Part shown: positions 23,981 through 34,258 of the stretch, piece by piece
Numbering within the stretch: the first letter of the stretch is position 1
How the letters are laid out: every line of letters starts with the position of its first letter
Assembly (NCBI GenBank): GCA_963719315.1
Contig: CAVRBU010000003.1
Location: forward strand, 288,001 to 352,000
Length of the DNA stretch: 64,000 nucleotides
Direction: 5' to 3'
DNA from: an uncultured Planctomycetota bacterium
GTDB taxonomy: Bacteria > Planctomycetota > Planctomycetia > Pirellulales > Lacipirellulaceae
Position numbers and translations under genes: made by a program
The notes under the pieces: model-generated
Told to the model about the DNA's origin: nothing
The model's input: the letters and a program-made list of their open reading frames with translations, nothing else
The model's database searches: none

Positions 23981-25399
23981 ATGCGTTGGCCCATTCGCAA
24001 CCAAATCATGTTTCCGTTGCTAGCGGTGGCGATCGTCAGCCTGACGGCAGTCGGCCGCGATCAACGCCGTGCTGGCCGAGCGGCGAACGTGCACTCGCGT
24101 CGAACAGCAGTTGCGGCAAGTGATTGGGGTGCTAACGACTTCGTCGTTTCCGCTGACAAATCCGTGCTGCGACAGATGCGCGATTTGTCGAGCGCTGAAT
24201 TCGTATTGACCGATCCGGCGGGTGTGATTGCTGCATCCACACTGCCGGAAGGCTGCGCCTTTGCCCGAGCAAGCGGTAACGATGCGAATTCAAGACGTGC
24301 ACCTGGGACCGTCGGCGGAGGTGGGCGGTCGCTGGTATTTTCACACGCCGGTGAAACTGCCGGTCGGCTCCGCGGCCGGCCGGAACGGCGTGCTCCACGT
24401 GTTGTTTCCGCAGGACGAGTACCGGCGGGCGTGGCGGCAGGCGTTTGTGCCGTCATTCATCGTGGGGGCCGTGACGTCGCTGGTACTGGCGGCTGTCGCA
24501 TGGGCGCTGGCGAACCGCATGGGTCGCGCGATCGCTCGGCTGCGTGAAGAAGTGATGCGGATCGCCCGCGGTGATTTTCGCGAGGTGAAACTGCCTCGAT
24601 CGATGATGAGATCCGCGACCTGTCGGCGGCCGTCAATCGCACGGCCGAGATGCTGGCCGAGTACGAACAGCAGGTTCGGCGATCGGAACAAATGCGAACG
24701 CTGACGATGCTTGGCGCGAGCCTCGCCCATCAGTTGCGGAATGCAGTCACAGGCTGCCGAATGGCGCTCGACCTGCACGCGGCCGATTGCCGTGCAAGCG
24801 ACCGTGGGCGAGTGTTTGGACGTTGCCCAGCGGCAGTTGCGGCTGATGGAGAGCCAGTTGCAGCGGTTTCTGCGGATCGGAAACCGGCCGACAGAAATTG
24901 TAAAGCGCGATGTCGATCTGGGCGATCTCGTGGAAGAGTTATTGCCACTCGTGCGACCGGCGGCACAACATGCGGGCGTGGCGCTCGATTGTCGCATTTC
25001 GTCGGCAGCATCTTTCCGTCAGCGGCGATGAAGAGGCGCTGAGCCAGGTCGTGTTAAACTTGTTGCTCAACGCGGTGGAAGCGGCCCAGCAGGACGGCAT
25101 CGACCGGCCGGGGCAGAGTCGAGTGTGTGTCGAAGTTGACACGACGGCGAACGACGACGCGGAAATCGTAATCAGCGATTCGGGGCAGGACCGGCCGAGT
25201 CGGTCGCGGCGTCGCTTTTCGAGCCATTTGTGACGAGCAAAACGGAAGGGGCGGGCTTGGGTCTGGCCGTGGCAAAGGATGTCGTTAAGGCTCATGGCGG
25301 ATCGATCGGTTGGAACAGAGAACAGGCATGACGCGGTTTCGCGTCGCGATTCCTTTGATAAAGAATGGGTGCGCGAGTGTCCAGAATACTTATTGTTGA
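23981..25399 (+). CDS. HAMP-domain sensor histidine kinase (many frameshifts)
   Basis: Fragments LAHQLRN (H-box), NLLLNAVEA (N-box), ISDSG and FVTSKTEGAGLGL fall in different frames. Confidence 0.75.
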
Positions 25400-26784
25400 T
25401 GATGAGCCTTCGATTTCCTGGGGCTTGTCGCGATTGGCGCGAAGCATGGGGCATGAAGTGGATGTGGCGCCTCGGCGGAAGAAGGACTGTGCCTTGCGGC
25501 TGCGTCTCGCCACGATGTGTTGATTCTCGACGTGCGGCTACCCGGCATGGACGGGTTGACGGCCATGGAATCGTTCGGCCGACACTGGGCGGTGCGCCGA
25601 TCATCGTGATCACGGCGTTTGGCGATCTGGCGACGGCGATAGACGCGATCAATAAGGGGGCGTTCGAGTACGTCGTGAAGCCGTTCGACGTGGCGGAGAT
25701 TCGCGCGGTGATCGAGCGCGCGTTGCGCGTCGAGCCGACGCGGAGCCAACTCCATCGAACAACACACTAGACGGCATGTTGGGTCGCACGCCGGCGATGC
25801 AGAACGTGTTCAAGAAGATCGCGCTGGCGGCGAATTCCGATGCGTCGGTGCTGCTGCGTGGTCGAAAGCGGGGTGGGTAAGGAACTGGCCGCGACGGCGA
25901 TTCACCGCAACAGCGAGTGGCGACACGGGCCGCTGGTAGCAGTGAGCTTCGGTGCACTCGATTCTGGCATGATTGAGAGCGAGCTTTTCGGTCAGGTCGA
26001 TAGCGGAACGACAACTTCGGCGGGTGCCCGGCCCGGCCTCTTGCATCAAGCGCACGGCGGAACGTTGTTTATTGATGAAGTCGCCGACATTCCCCTGCCT
26101 TTGCAGATGAAACTACTGCGAGTGTTGGACCGCCTGGAAGTGTTGCCCGTGGGAGCCGAAGCGCCGCTGCGGTCGCGGTTCCGCGTCATCTCGGCCACGC
26201 AGCACGATCTGCGCAAGAAAGTCGAAGCGGGCGAATTTCGACACGACCTGTTCTTCCGGTTATGCACGTTCGAAATCGACCTGCCGCCGCTCCGCGATAG
26301 GCGGGACGACATCTCACTCCTCGCCCAGCATTTCGCATTGCAGATTAGCGGCCAACCGGTATCTTTTGCCGAAGAAACGCTGGCTGAACTCGAATGCCGG
26401 CCATGGTATGGCAACGTCCGCGAGCTGCGAGGCGCGATCGAGCACGCGCTCGTGCCAGCGCGGCGCGGCGCTGTGATGCCGGAACATCTGCCGACGGCGC
26501 TGCCGAATCGGCGTCACTCGCCGCAGAATGCATTGCCCACGCCATCAACCGATCTCGCGAGCGCGATCTCTCAGATTACACGGCAACTGCTGGCCGACCC
26601 CGCGACGGCGGGCGACGTTTACGATCGATTCCTGCAACAAGTCGAGCCGCCGCTCTTGGCAACTGTAATGAGCAAATGCGGCCAACGCTGCGCCACGGCC
26701 GCCCGCGTGCTCGGTTTGCATCGCACGACGCTTAGGAAGAAGCTGACGCAGTATGAAATCGAAGAAGCTGCTGTCGACAGTTGA
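25377..26784 (+). CDS. sigma-54-dependent (NtrC-like) response regulator (frameshifted)
   Basis: ILIVDDE receiver, ESGVGKE, ESELFG, GGTLFIDEV, FRHDLFFRL, WYGNVREL, Fis-type HTH. Confidence 0.85.
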
Positions 26785-26814
26785 CCTTTGTGCGGCAGAA
26801 TAGAGAACCTAAAG

Positions 26815-27360
26815 TCACCCGCCAAATAGCCGATGCAGTCCATGCAAGTCGCTCTCGCCTAAAACCTTCCAGACAAACGGAGCGATGCCGCCCGTGAGAA
26901 CGCAAAGCGGCAATATCCCAATGCGAATGAAGTAAAGATCCCCTTTAGTGGGCGACGTAGGTCGACGAGTGACGATCATCAGAGTACTGATCCACTGGCT
27001 TAGAATTGCAACGCCGAAGAAGCTGAACGCTCGCCCTCCGTCCAGCAGCAACGCCAACGGTATGCCTAAGAGCGATTGCGCGAACGCGGCTTCTCTAAAA
27101 GCCGACCAGTAAAGCGGTGAAATTCCGTGCAACCCTGGCTGCGGCAGCACCGCGACCGGTTTTGGGCGATTCTGTTCGACGTACAGGATGTAACCAGTGG
27201 CATGGATACACGCCATGATGACGACGAAAAGGGCAGTGCACCAAATCGCCAACTCGATGTTTTGGCTCGACCAATGCGAAAAAACAAATCCGGCGCCGAC
27301 GAAGGAGATAATGACGAATGAAGTTGCGACGGATAGTCGAGCGTGCGCGGCCATCATCAT
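26815..27360 (-). CDS. hypothetical membrane protein
   Basis: 4-5 hydrophobic segments, AAGGA RBS. Confidence 0.7.
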   Translation of the reverse strand: MMMAAHARLSVATSFVIISFVGAGFVFSHWSSQNIELAIWCTALFVVIMACIHATGYILYVEQNRPKPVAVLPQPGLHGISPLYWSAFREAAFAQSLLGIPLALLLDGGRAFSFFGVAILSQWISTLMIVTRRPTSPTKGDLYFIRIGILPLCVLTGGIAPFVWKVLGESDLHGLHRLFGG

Positions 27361-27414
27361 TATATTCCTTATCAGGCGCGCTTAAGGAATTGGTTTACTC
27401 ACACGCCAGATTCA

Positions 27415-27753
27415 TCACCTAGCCTGTTCTACAAGTTCCAATTTGAGTCCGAGTGCGGCAACGACTGCCTCGATATTCGCGATTGTGACCTCACGCCCGT
27501 ACTCAACATCGCGGACAACATTAGCACTTGGAATACCGGCCCTTTGAGCAAGAGAATTCCAGGTCAATCCCTGGGCTTCTCGCGCCGCGCGGATTTGGGT
27601 TCCGATTCCCACCGTGGCAGGTTGCAGCAGCGCCGGATCGCGAGGAGGGAATTCCTCCATCAGCTTCTCGCGGACTTCTCGTAGGCGTTGCCGCTCTTCG
27701 TCGCTTTGCGGTCCTGGAGAATCAATGCGGCCGGTGATTTGCTTATTTTGCAT
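27415..27753 (-). CDS. XRE-family HTH protein (putative antitoxin)
   Basis: IRAAREAQGLT-x2-SLA-x-RAGI...VE-x-G...LGL. Confidence 0.85.
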   Translation of the reverse strand: MQNKQITGRIDSPGPQSDEERQRLREVREKLMEEFPPRDPALLQPATVGIGTQIRAAREAQGLTWNSLAQRAGIPSANVVRDVEYGREVTIANIEAVVAALGLKLELVEQAR

Positions 27754-27762
27754 TTCGGCACT

Positions 27763-27921
27763 TTATGGGCACGGTCGACCGGAACTGCGACTTTTACCCT
27801 CCGCACTCGGATTTTCGAGGACGTATTCAACGTCGTCGATCGTTAGGCCATGCTCCGCGATATGTCGAACGTTACCGTCTGGATTCTCTTCGTCATCTCA
27901 GATGAATCGCACGTATCTCAT
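27763..27921 (-). pseudogene. BrnT-like toxin remnant (in-frame TGA at codon 8, C-terminal deletion)
   Basis: Manual translation [37 protein letters not shown]...[18 protein letters not shown] upstream. Confidence 0.7.
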
Positions 27922-27982
27922 CGGGAAATCTGCCCCGGTGTCTAATTATAGCACCTAGCAAAGTTGAGTAAGAAAAGCGATC

Positions 27983-29797
27983 CTAAAGGAGGTCATCCAA
28001 CTCATCAACCAGCCGCTCAAAATAAGAAAGTGCCGTGTCGACCGGTTCCGGCTTCGTCATATCGACACCGGCATCCTTCAAGAGATCGAGCGGCCATTGC
28101 GAGCAGCCGCCTTGGAGGAAGGAGAGGTAGTCGTTGAGCTCGGTTTTGCCGCCGTTTACGACGCGTTCGCTCAGCGCGATCGCGGCGGAGAGGCCGGTGG
28201 CGTATTTGTAGACGTAGAAGGCGTGGTAGAAGTGGGGGATTCGCAGACATTCGAGCTTGAGTTGATCGTCGATGACGAAGTCGGGTCCGAAATAATCGGC
28301 CAAGAGTTTGTGGTATTCGTTTTTGAGCGTTTCAACTGTGAGCGGCTCACCGGCTTCGACCAGCGCATGCGACACCTTTTCGAACTCGGCGAACATCGTT
28401 TGGCGGATGATCGTGCCGCGGATAGCGTCGATTTCGCGATTGATGAGGTACGCGCGCTGTTTGGTTCCGCGACCGGCGGTCGCGGCATTATGCATGAGGT
28501 GGCGGCTTAGGAGTTGCTCGTTGAACGTGCTGGCGACCTCGGCCACGAAGATCGTGTAGTTGTAGTATTGGTACGGCTGATGCTTGGCCGAGTAATGCGT
28601 ATGCATCGAGTGGCCGGCTTCGTGGGCCAGCGTGAAGACGTGGTCGAGCACATCCGGCTGGTAGTTCATGAGGATGTACGGCCAGCCTTTATACGAACCC
28701 GAGCTGAACGCGCCGCTGCGTTTGCCCTGGTTGGGGTAGCGGTCGCACCAGCGGCCGGCGAGGCCGTCGTGAAGCTCGCGGCAGTAGTCGTCGCCGAGCG
28801 GTTCGAGGGCGGCCACGACGACATCGCACGCCTGCTTCCACGTGTGCTTGGTATCGAGTTCGCTGAGGATCGGCACGTAGGTGTCATAGTGGTGCAGGTC
28901 GCGCAGCTTCATCTTCTTGCGGCGGACTTCGAGGTATTTGTAGATTGCCGGGAGTTTGCCACGGACGGCGGCGATCAGGGTGTCGTACACCGCGACGGGG
29001 ACGTTGTCGTGGAACAGCGAGCCTTCGCGGGCACTGGGGTAGTTACGGGCCTTGGCGTAGTAGACGTCTTTTTGTACGGAGCTCGAATAGGCGGCAGCCA
29101 GCGAGTTCTCGTGCCCTTGAAACTGAGCGTAGTATTGCTCGAACGCTTTGCGGCGCACGCTGCGGCTGGGCGAACGGAGGAAGCTCGAAAAGGAAGAATG
29201 GGAGAGCTCGACCGATTCGCCCTTCTCGTTTTTGCACATGCCGAACTTGAAATCGGCATCGGTGAGTTGGCGAAATACGCGGTCGGCCGCGTCAGCCATT
29301 TCGTGCTGCATTGCCAGCAGCTTTTCCTCGCCGGGGCCGAGTGTGTGAGGCTTATAGCGGATCAGCCGTTCGAGCTGCAATCGAAACGGTTTTAACTGCT
29401 TGGACTCGAGATACTCTTTTAATTTCTTATCGGAAAGCGCCAGGATTTCCGGGCGGATGAAGCTCGTGGCTTCGGCGGCGAGCGTGGCGGCGTGTTCGTA
29501 GCGGCCGCTCATCCGCTGGTAGCGGCTGTCGGCCATGTCCTCGGTCGTTTTCAGATGGGCATACGTGCCGAGCCGTTCGCCGGCCTGGTCGAATTCGCAA
29601 TCGAACTCGAAACATTTCGCCAGTGCGTCGGGGCCGTTACCGAGTGTGCCGCGGAATTTTTCGTAACGCGGGATTTGCCTTTCCCACGCAGCGAAGGCTT
29701 TTTCCCACTCGCCATCGCTTTTGAACAGGCTGGCGAGGTCCCAGGTGTCTTCGGGTTTGACTTGCTTGCGGGCGGGAAGTTTCTTGGTTTTGGACAT
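27983..29797 (-). CDS. pepF: oligoendopeptidase F
   Basis: TWDL, GKRSGAFS, TLAHEAGHSMH, FVAEVAST, FYVYKYATG. Confidence 0.95.
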   Translation of the reverse strand: MSKTKKLPARKQVKPEDTWDLASLFKSDGEWEKAFAAWERQIPRYEKFRGTLGNGPDALAKCFEFDCEFDQAGERLGTYAHLKTTEDMADSRYQRMSGRYEHAATLAAEATSFIRPEILALSDKKLKEYLESKQLKPFRLQLERLIRYKPHTLGPGEEKLLAMQHEMADAADRVFRQLTDADFKFGMCKNEKGESVELSHSSFSSFLRSPSRSVRRKAFEQYYAQFQGHENSLAAAYSSSVQKDVYYAKARNYPSAREGSLFHDNVPVAVYDTLIAAVRGKLPAIYKYLEVRRKKMKLRDLHHYDTYVPILSELDTKHTWKQACDVVVAALEPLGDDYCRELHDGLAGRWCDRYPNQGKRSGAFSSGSYKGWPYILMNYQPDVLDHVFTLAHEAGHSMHTHYSAKHQPYQYYNYTIFVAEVASTFNEQLLSRHLMHNAATAGRGTKQRAYLINREIDAIRGTIIRQTMFAEFEKVSHALVEAGEPLTVETLKNEYHKLLADYFGPDFVIDDQLKLECLRIPHFYHAFYVYKYATGLSAAIALSERVVNGGKTELNDYLSFLQGGCSQWPLDLLKDAGVDMTKPEPVDTALSYFERLVDELDDLL

Positions 29798-29899
29798 GTT
29801 GATGGTCCGTTGTCAGTAGTCCGTTGTCCGTTGGAAGGATCCATCGTCGCGCCGACTGCTACGAACGACGAACGACGAACGACGGACTACGGACAAATA

Positions 29900-30922
29900 C
29901 TACCACCGCATTAGTGCCGTGCCCCAGGCGAGGCCGCCGCCGAAGCCGCTCATCATGAGCAGGTCGCCCGGGCCGAAGCGGCCGGCGCGGAACGATTCAT
30001 CGAGGGCAATGGGGACGCTGCCGGCCGAGGTGTTTCCGTAGCGGTCGATGTGCGTTTCGCAGTTGTTGCGATCGATGGCCAGGGCGTCGGCAGCGGCGTC
30101 GAGGATACGAATGTTGGCCTGATGAAACAGCCACAGCTTCACATCGTCTGTCGTGAATCCGGCCGCGGCTAAGACCTCGCGCGACGAATCTTCCAAGAGA
30201 CGCACTGCCCACTTGAAGACGGGGCGGCCATCCATCTTCACGAACCATTCGGAGACCAAGGGCCTGCCAACGGCGATCGGCACGCGAGAGCCACCGGCGG
30301 GCCGAATCAAAAGCTGTTCGCCGGCCCCGTCGGCTCCCAGTGTGTACGACAATAATCCTTGTTCGGCGCTGCCCCGTGTGATGAGCACGGCGCCTGCGCC
30401 GTCGCCGAAAAGCGGGAAGGTCTTCTTGTCATCGGGGTTCATCACACGGCTGTTCGTATCGGCGCCGATCACCAGCGCAAACTGGCTGCAGCCCGTGGCG
30501 ACGTATTGCATGCCGGTGACCAGCGCATACATGAAACCGGCGCAGGCGGCCGAGACATCCATCGCGGCGCAGTTGAGTCCGAGGCGATCCTGCACGGCAG
30601 CGGCCGTGGCGGGGAGCAGATAGTCGGGCGAGAGCGTGCCGAGCACGAGCAAATCGATCCGGCTGCGGTCGACCCGCGCTGCGTCGAGGCATCGCTCGGC
30701 GGCGGCGAGCGCCATGTCGCTGGTGGCGATTTCTGGCGGCGCGTGGCGGCGTTCGCGGATGCCCGTGCGTTGGATGATCCAGTCCGCATCGCAACCGAGC
30801 GACGCCAGATCGTCGTTGGTAACGACCTTCTCAGGCACGTAGCTGCCGGTGCCGATAATCTGCACGCCGGTAAGCCGCCGCAGAGGCGAGCGGACAGGAG
30901 TCAGTAATTCGGCGTCACTCAT
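29900..30922 (-). CDS. fabH: beta-ketoacyl-ACP synthase III
   Basis: AACAGF, LFGDGAGA, HQAN-x-RI, YGNTSA. Confidence 0.95.
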   Translation of the reverse strand: MSDAELLTPVRSPLRRLTGVQIIGTGSYVPEKVVTNDDLASLGCDADWIIQRTGIRERRHAPPEIATSDMALAAAERCLDAARVDRSRIDLLVLGTLSPDYLLPATAAAVQDRLGLNCAAMDVSAACAGFMYALVTGMQYVATGCSQFALVIGADTNSRVMNPDDKKTFPLFGDGAGAVLITRGSAEQGLLSYTLGADGAGEQLLIRPAGGSRVPIAVGRPLVSEWFVKMDGRPVFKWAVRLLEDSSREVLAAAGFTTDDVKLWLFHQANIRILDAAADALAIDRNNCETHIDRYGNTSAGSVPIALDESFRAGRFGPGDLLMMSGFGGGLAWGTALMRW

Positions 30923-31168
30923 TGAAGGAGGCTGGGAGCAGGGGTCGGGGAGCAGGGAGGAAGAAAGGCAGTTTAGCTCGTTCCCTGCATCTTACGCATT
31001 GCGTTTGGAAGATAGTGTCAAACCAGAAGGTTAAGGGTCCGCGGCATTTTGGGCAAGGGCGATGCGGGGTCGGCATAGCTGAAGTCGCACGACATCAGAT
31101 TGAAATCAGAGATTGTCGGAATTCTTGCGAATTCCGCGACGGCGAATTAGGATCTCGCGTGAGTCACG

Positions 31169-32674
31169 TCACTCCGCAATCTTGCCGGGGGGTCGCACCT
31201 CGCTGCCTTGGCGACCGGTGAGTGTGTCGCCCAACGCCGCGCGGGCTCTCTCGGCTTCCCGTTTGAATCGCGCCACGATCTTGGAGTGCGATTTGGAGAC
31301 ATCGGTCGCCTCGCCGACATCGTTCTTCAGATCGTACAACGCTAACTTGGTCTTGAGCTGCTTGTACGCGCCCGGATTGCCGCCGCGGCCGGCGGGTGTG
31401 CCATCGAGACTTCGATATCGGTGGGGTAAGACCAGCTTCCACCGGCGATCGCGCACGCCGCGCAATTCGCGATCGTAGTAACAGTACAAAACGTCGTGCG
31501 GACTTTGGGCGTCTTTCTCGCCGGCCATCAGGGGCCAGATGTCTTTGCCGTCGATCACGCGGTCGGTCGGCATTTCGGCGCCGATGAGTTTGGCGACCGT
31601 GGGGAACACGTCGAGTGTAGAGGCAAGTTCGTCGCACTTCGTGCCGGCGGGGATTTTTCCGGGCCAGCGCATGACGCACGGTTCGCGGTAGCCGCCCTCC
31701 CACATGGTGCCCTTCCCTTCGCGCAAGGGCCCGGCCGAGCCGGCGTGATTTCCGTACGTGAGCCAAGGTCCGTTGTCGGAGGTGAAGAGCACGAGCGTGT
31801 CTTCATCGAGGCCGTTGCGTTGGATGGCATCCAGAATTTGGCCCACCGACCAATCGAGCTCCATCACGACGTCGCCGAATAGGCCGGCGCCGCTTTTGTC
31901 TTTGAATTGTTCGGAGACTGCCAGCGGAACGTGGACCATCGTGTGCGGCACGTACAGAAGGAACGGCTGATTCTTATGGCGGTCGATAAAACTGACGGCG
32001 TGCTCGGTGTAGAGCGTGGTGAGTTGCGCGAGCTTTTCGGGGCTCACGGCCGGGTCGATGATTTCGTTGTTTTCGAATAACGGCAACGGTGGCGCTTCGC
32101 GTTTGCGAGCGGCCGTCTCGGGCGGGATATCCTTGATCATCTCGGCCTGCAGCGGCGACATGTCGTTCGAGTACGGCAGGCCGAAGTATTCGTCGAAGCC
32201 ATGTTGCAGCGGCAGAAACTGTTTGTGGTGACCGAGGTGCCACTTGCCGTAGATTGCGGTGGCATAGCCGCGGGTGCGACACAGCTCGGCAAGCGTGATC
32301 TCGTTGGCATTGATGCCGATCGTCGCTTTCGCGTTGAGCGCGCCGAGAATGCTGACTCGCTCGGGATAGCAGCCGGTCATTAGGCCAGCCCGCGAGGCGG
32401 AGCAGACGGCTGTAGCCGAATGGAAGTCGGTAAAGATCCGCCCTTCATGGGCCATGCGATCGAGGTGCGGCGTTTTGTAGGCCGTCGCGCCGAAGGGGCC
32501 GATATCGGCGTAGCCCATGTCGTCGATGAAGATTATGACGATGTTGGGCGGACGCTTGGCGTGATTGGTCGCCGATTCTGCGCCTTGACAAGTGTCGGCT
32601 GCAAAAGATGCCAGAATCAATCCAATCGCCGCACAAATGCGTCGATATGTCCACGCCTTGAAATCTTTGTTCAT
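31169..32674 (-). CDS. Cys-type sulfatase
   Basis: PNIV-x-IFIDD, CSASRAGLMTG, GKWHLG, SDNG. Confidence 0.95.
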   Translation of the reverse strand: MNKDFKAWTYRRICAAIGLILASFAADTCQGAESATNHAKRPPNIVIIFIDDMGYADIGPFGATAYKTPHLDRMAHEGRIFTDFHSATAVCSASRAGLMTGCYPERVSILGALNAKATIGINANEITLAELCRTRGYATAIYGKWHLGHHKQFLPLQHGFDEYFGLPYSNDMSPLQAEMIKDIPPETAARKREAPPLPLFENNEIIDPAVSPEKLAQLTTLYTEHAVSFIDRHKNQPFLLYVPHTMVHVPLAVSEQFKDKSGAGLFGDVVMELDWSVGQILDAIQRNGLDEDTLVLFTSDNGPWLTYGNHAGSAGPLREGKGTMWEGGYREPCVMRWPGKIPAGTKCDELASTLDVFPTVAKLIGAEMPTDRVIDGKDIWPLMAGEKDAQSPHDVLYCYYDRELRGVRDRRWKLVLPHRYRSLDGTPAGRGGNPGAYKQLKTKLALYDLKNDVGEATDVSKSHSKIVARFKREAERARAALGDTLTGRQGSEVRPPGKIAE

Positions 32675-32782
32675 TGCAATCGCTCGTGTTCGTCGTTTGA
32701 GTGTAGACCGCTCGCTCTGCGAGCAGAAATCCTCTCGCGGAGCGAGAGGTCTACACTAAACTAACGCAGGGATGACCGGATG

Positions 32783-33460
32783 TCACGCGGCTTTAGTTTG
32801 ACGGCTTTTGTAGAGCCATGCGCCGCGAAGCTTGCCGACTGGGCGGATTGCCTTCATTTCGCGAAGGCAGTACGCCATCCGTTGGGCGATCCAGCGTTCG
32901 ACGCCGAGGCCGTCGGCAAGTTGGCCCGTGTGAAACGGCTGCGGCAGGGCGGGCGGCAGGAGCCGGCACAGATCGGCCGCCGTGCGGAATTGGTGGACGC
33001 TGTGCACTTCGAGCAGGTGCTGGTCTTCGACTAGATGATCGTTTTCGCGCCGCCAGCGCCGCCGGCCGTGGCCGGGATACCGCCACTCTTCGATTTCGAT
33101 TAGAGCGACTTCGAGCGTCAGCCGGCGATGTGGGAACACGCGCGTGAAGTGGACCAACTCCTCGAACACGTCGAGCAGCGTGCGGCGTTTCGGACTGCGA
33201 CGCCGCGACACGATCTGGCCGCCGGCACGGCGGAGCTTCACCAGATGCTTGGTGATGATCACGGGTTTGACGACAAGTACGTCGTGCTTTTTGAGCAGGG
33301 CGGCGATCTTATCGCGGATGGACGTTAGCGGCGCGAGTTGGATTTCGACGAGCTGTTTGCCGCGGACAACGTCGATGCGGTAGCGGCCCACGCGCTGTTC
33401 GACGGCGGCGCCGTCGATGGCGTAATGCTCCTTCAGTTGGCGATGGAGGGAGGTTTCCAT
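32783..33460 (-). CDS. conserved hypothetical protein, PD-(D/E)xK nuclease-like
   Basis: SLH-x-QLK...E...RIDV...VEIQ pattern; C-terminal winged-helix-like segment. Confidence 0.6.
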   Translation of the reverse strand: METSLHRQLKEHYAIDGAAVEQRVGRYRIDVVRGKQLVEIQLAPLTSIRDKIAALLKKHDVLVVKPVIITKHLVKLRRAGGQIVSRRRSPKRRTLLDVFEELVHFTRVFPHRRLTLEVALIEIEEWRYPGHGRRRWRRENDHLVEDQHLLEVHSVHQFRTAADLCRLLPPALPQPFHTGQLADGLGVERWIAQRMAYCLREMKAIRPVGKLRGAWLYKSRQTKAA

Positions 33461-33553
33461 GGGGAGGAATCCGTTGTCCGTGGCCAGTTGTCCGTTGAAA
33501 GTGGTTTGAATTGATTTCTTCGCAACGGACTACGGACAACGGACTAAGGACAT

Positions 33554-34105
33554 TCAGCAACTGCCGGAAATGCCAAAATCAAAAATCGTGAACAATGTTG
33601 TCAATTCGTATCCTCTCGATGCGAATGCTTCGCGGCCGCCTGCGAGGCGGTCGATGATGGCGAGGACGCGTTTGACTTTCAGGCCGACTGCTTCGCAACG
33701 CTCGATCGCAAGCAAGCTGGAGCCGCCGGTGGTGACGACGTCCTCGACGATCGCGATCGATTCACCGGATTGAAACGGGCCTTCGACCAGTTTTCCCGTG
33801 CCGTGCTGCTTGGCTTCTTTGCGAACCATGACGCCCCGCAGCGGCAGAGCATTGACTCCCGCAAGCGTGAGAATGGCGGCCGTGATCGGGTCGGCGCCGA
33901 TCGCCATGCCGCCGACGAGGTCGGGCATGTCGCCCGCCAATAGTTCGAGCATTCCTTCACCGACGAGCTTCGCGCCTTGGGCATCGAGCGTAATATGCCG
34001 GCAGTCGAGGTAATAACTAGCCTTCTTTCCAGAGGCCAATGTGAACTCACCGAATTTCAGTGCCTTGGCGCGCACAAGTTGCTGGAGCGCATCGCGGTCG
34101 TACAT
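33554..34105 (-). CDS. pyrE: orotate phosphoribosyltransferase
   Basis: FTLASG-x2-ASYYLD, RKEAKQHG, VEDVVTTGGS. Confidence 0.96.
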   Translation of the reverse strand: MYDRDALQQLVRAKALKFGEFTLASGKKASYYLDCRHITLDAQGAKLVGEGMLELLAGDMPDLVGGMAIGADPITAAILTLAGVNALPLRGVMVRKEAKQHGTGKLVEGPFQSGESIAIVEDVVTTGGSSLLAIERCEAVGLKVKRVLAIIDRLAGGREAFASRGYELTTLFTIFDFGISGSC

Positions 34106-34258
34106 GGGAGGATTGAGAGTCGAGAGTTAAGAGTTGAGGGTCGAGGGTCGAGGGTCAGAACGTGCGAATGGCACTTCAATAGCCGCGATGCTACGCATCG
34201 CCGGGCGTCGCGACCAACAACTTACAACTGACCTCGGCCGCTTGACAACAGACGTTTT

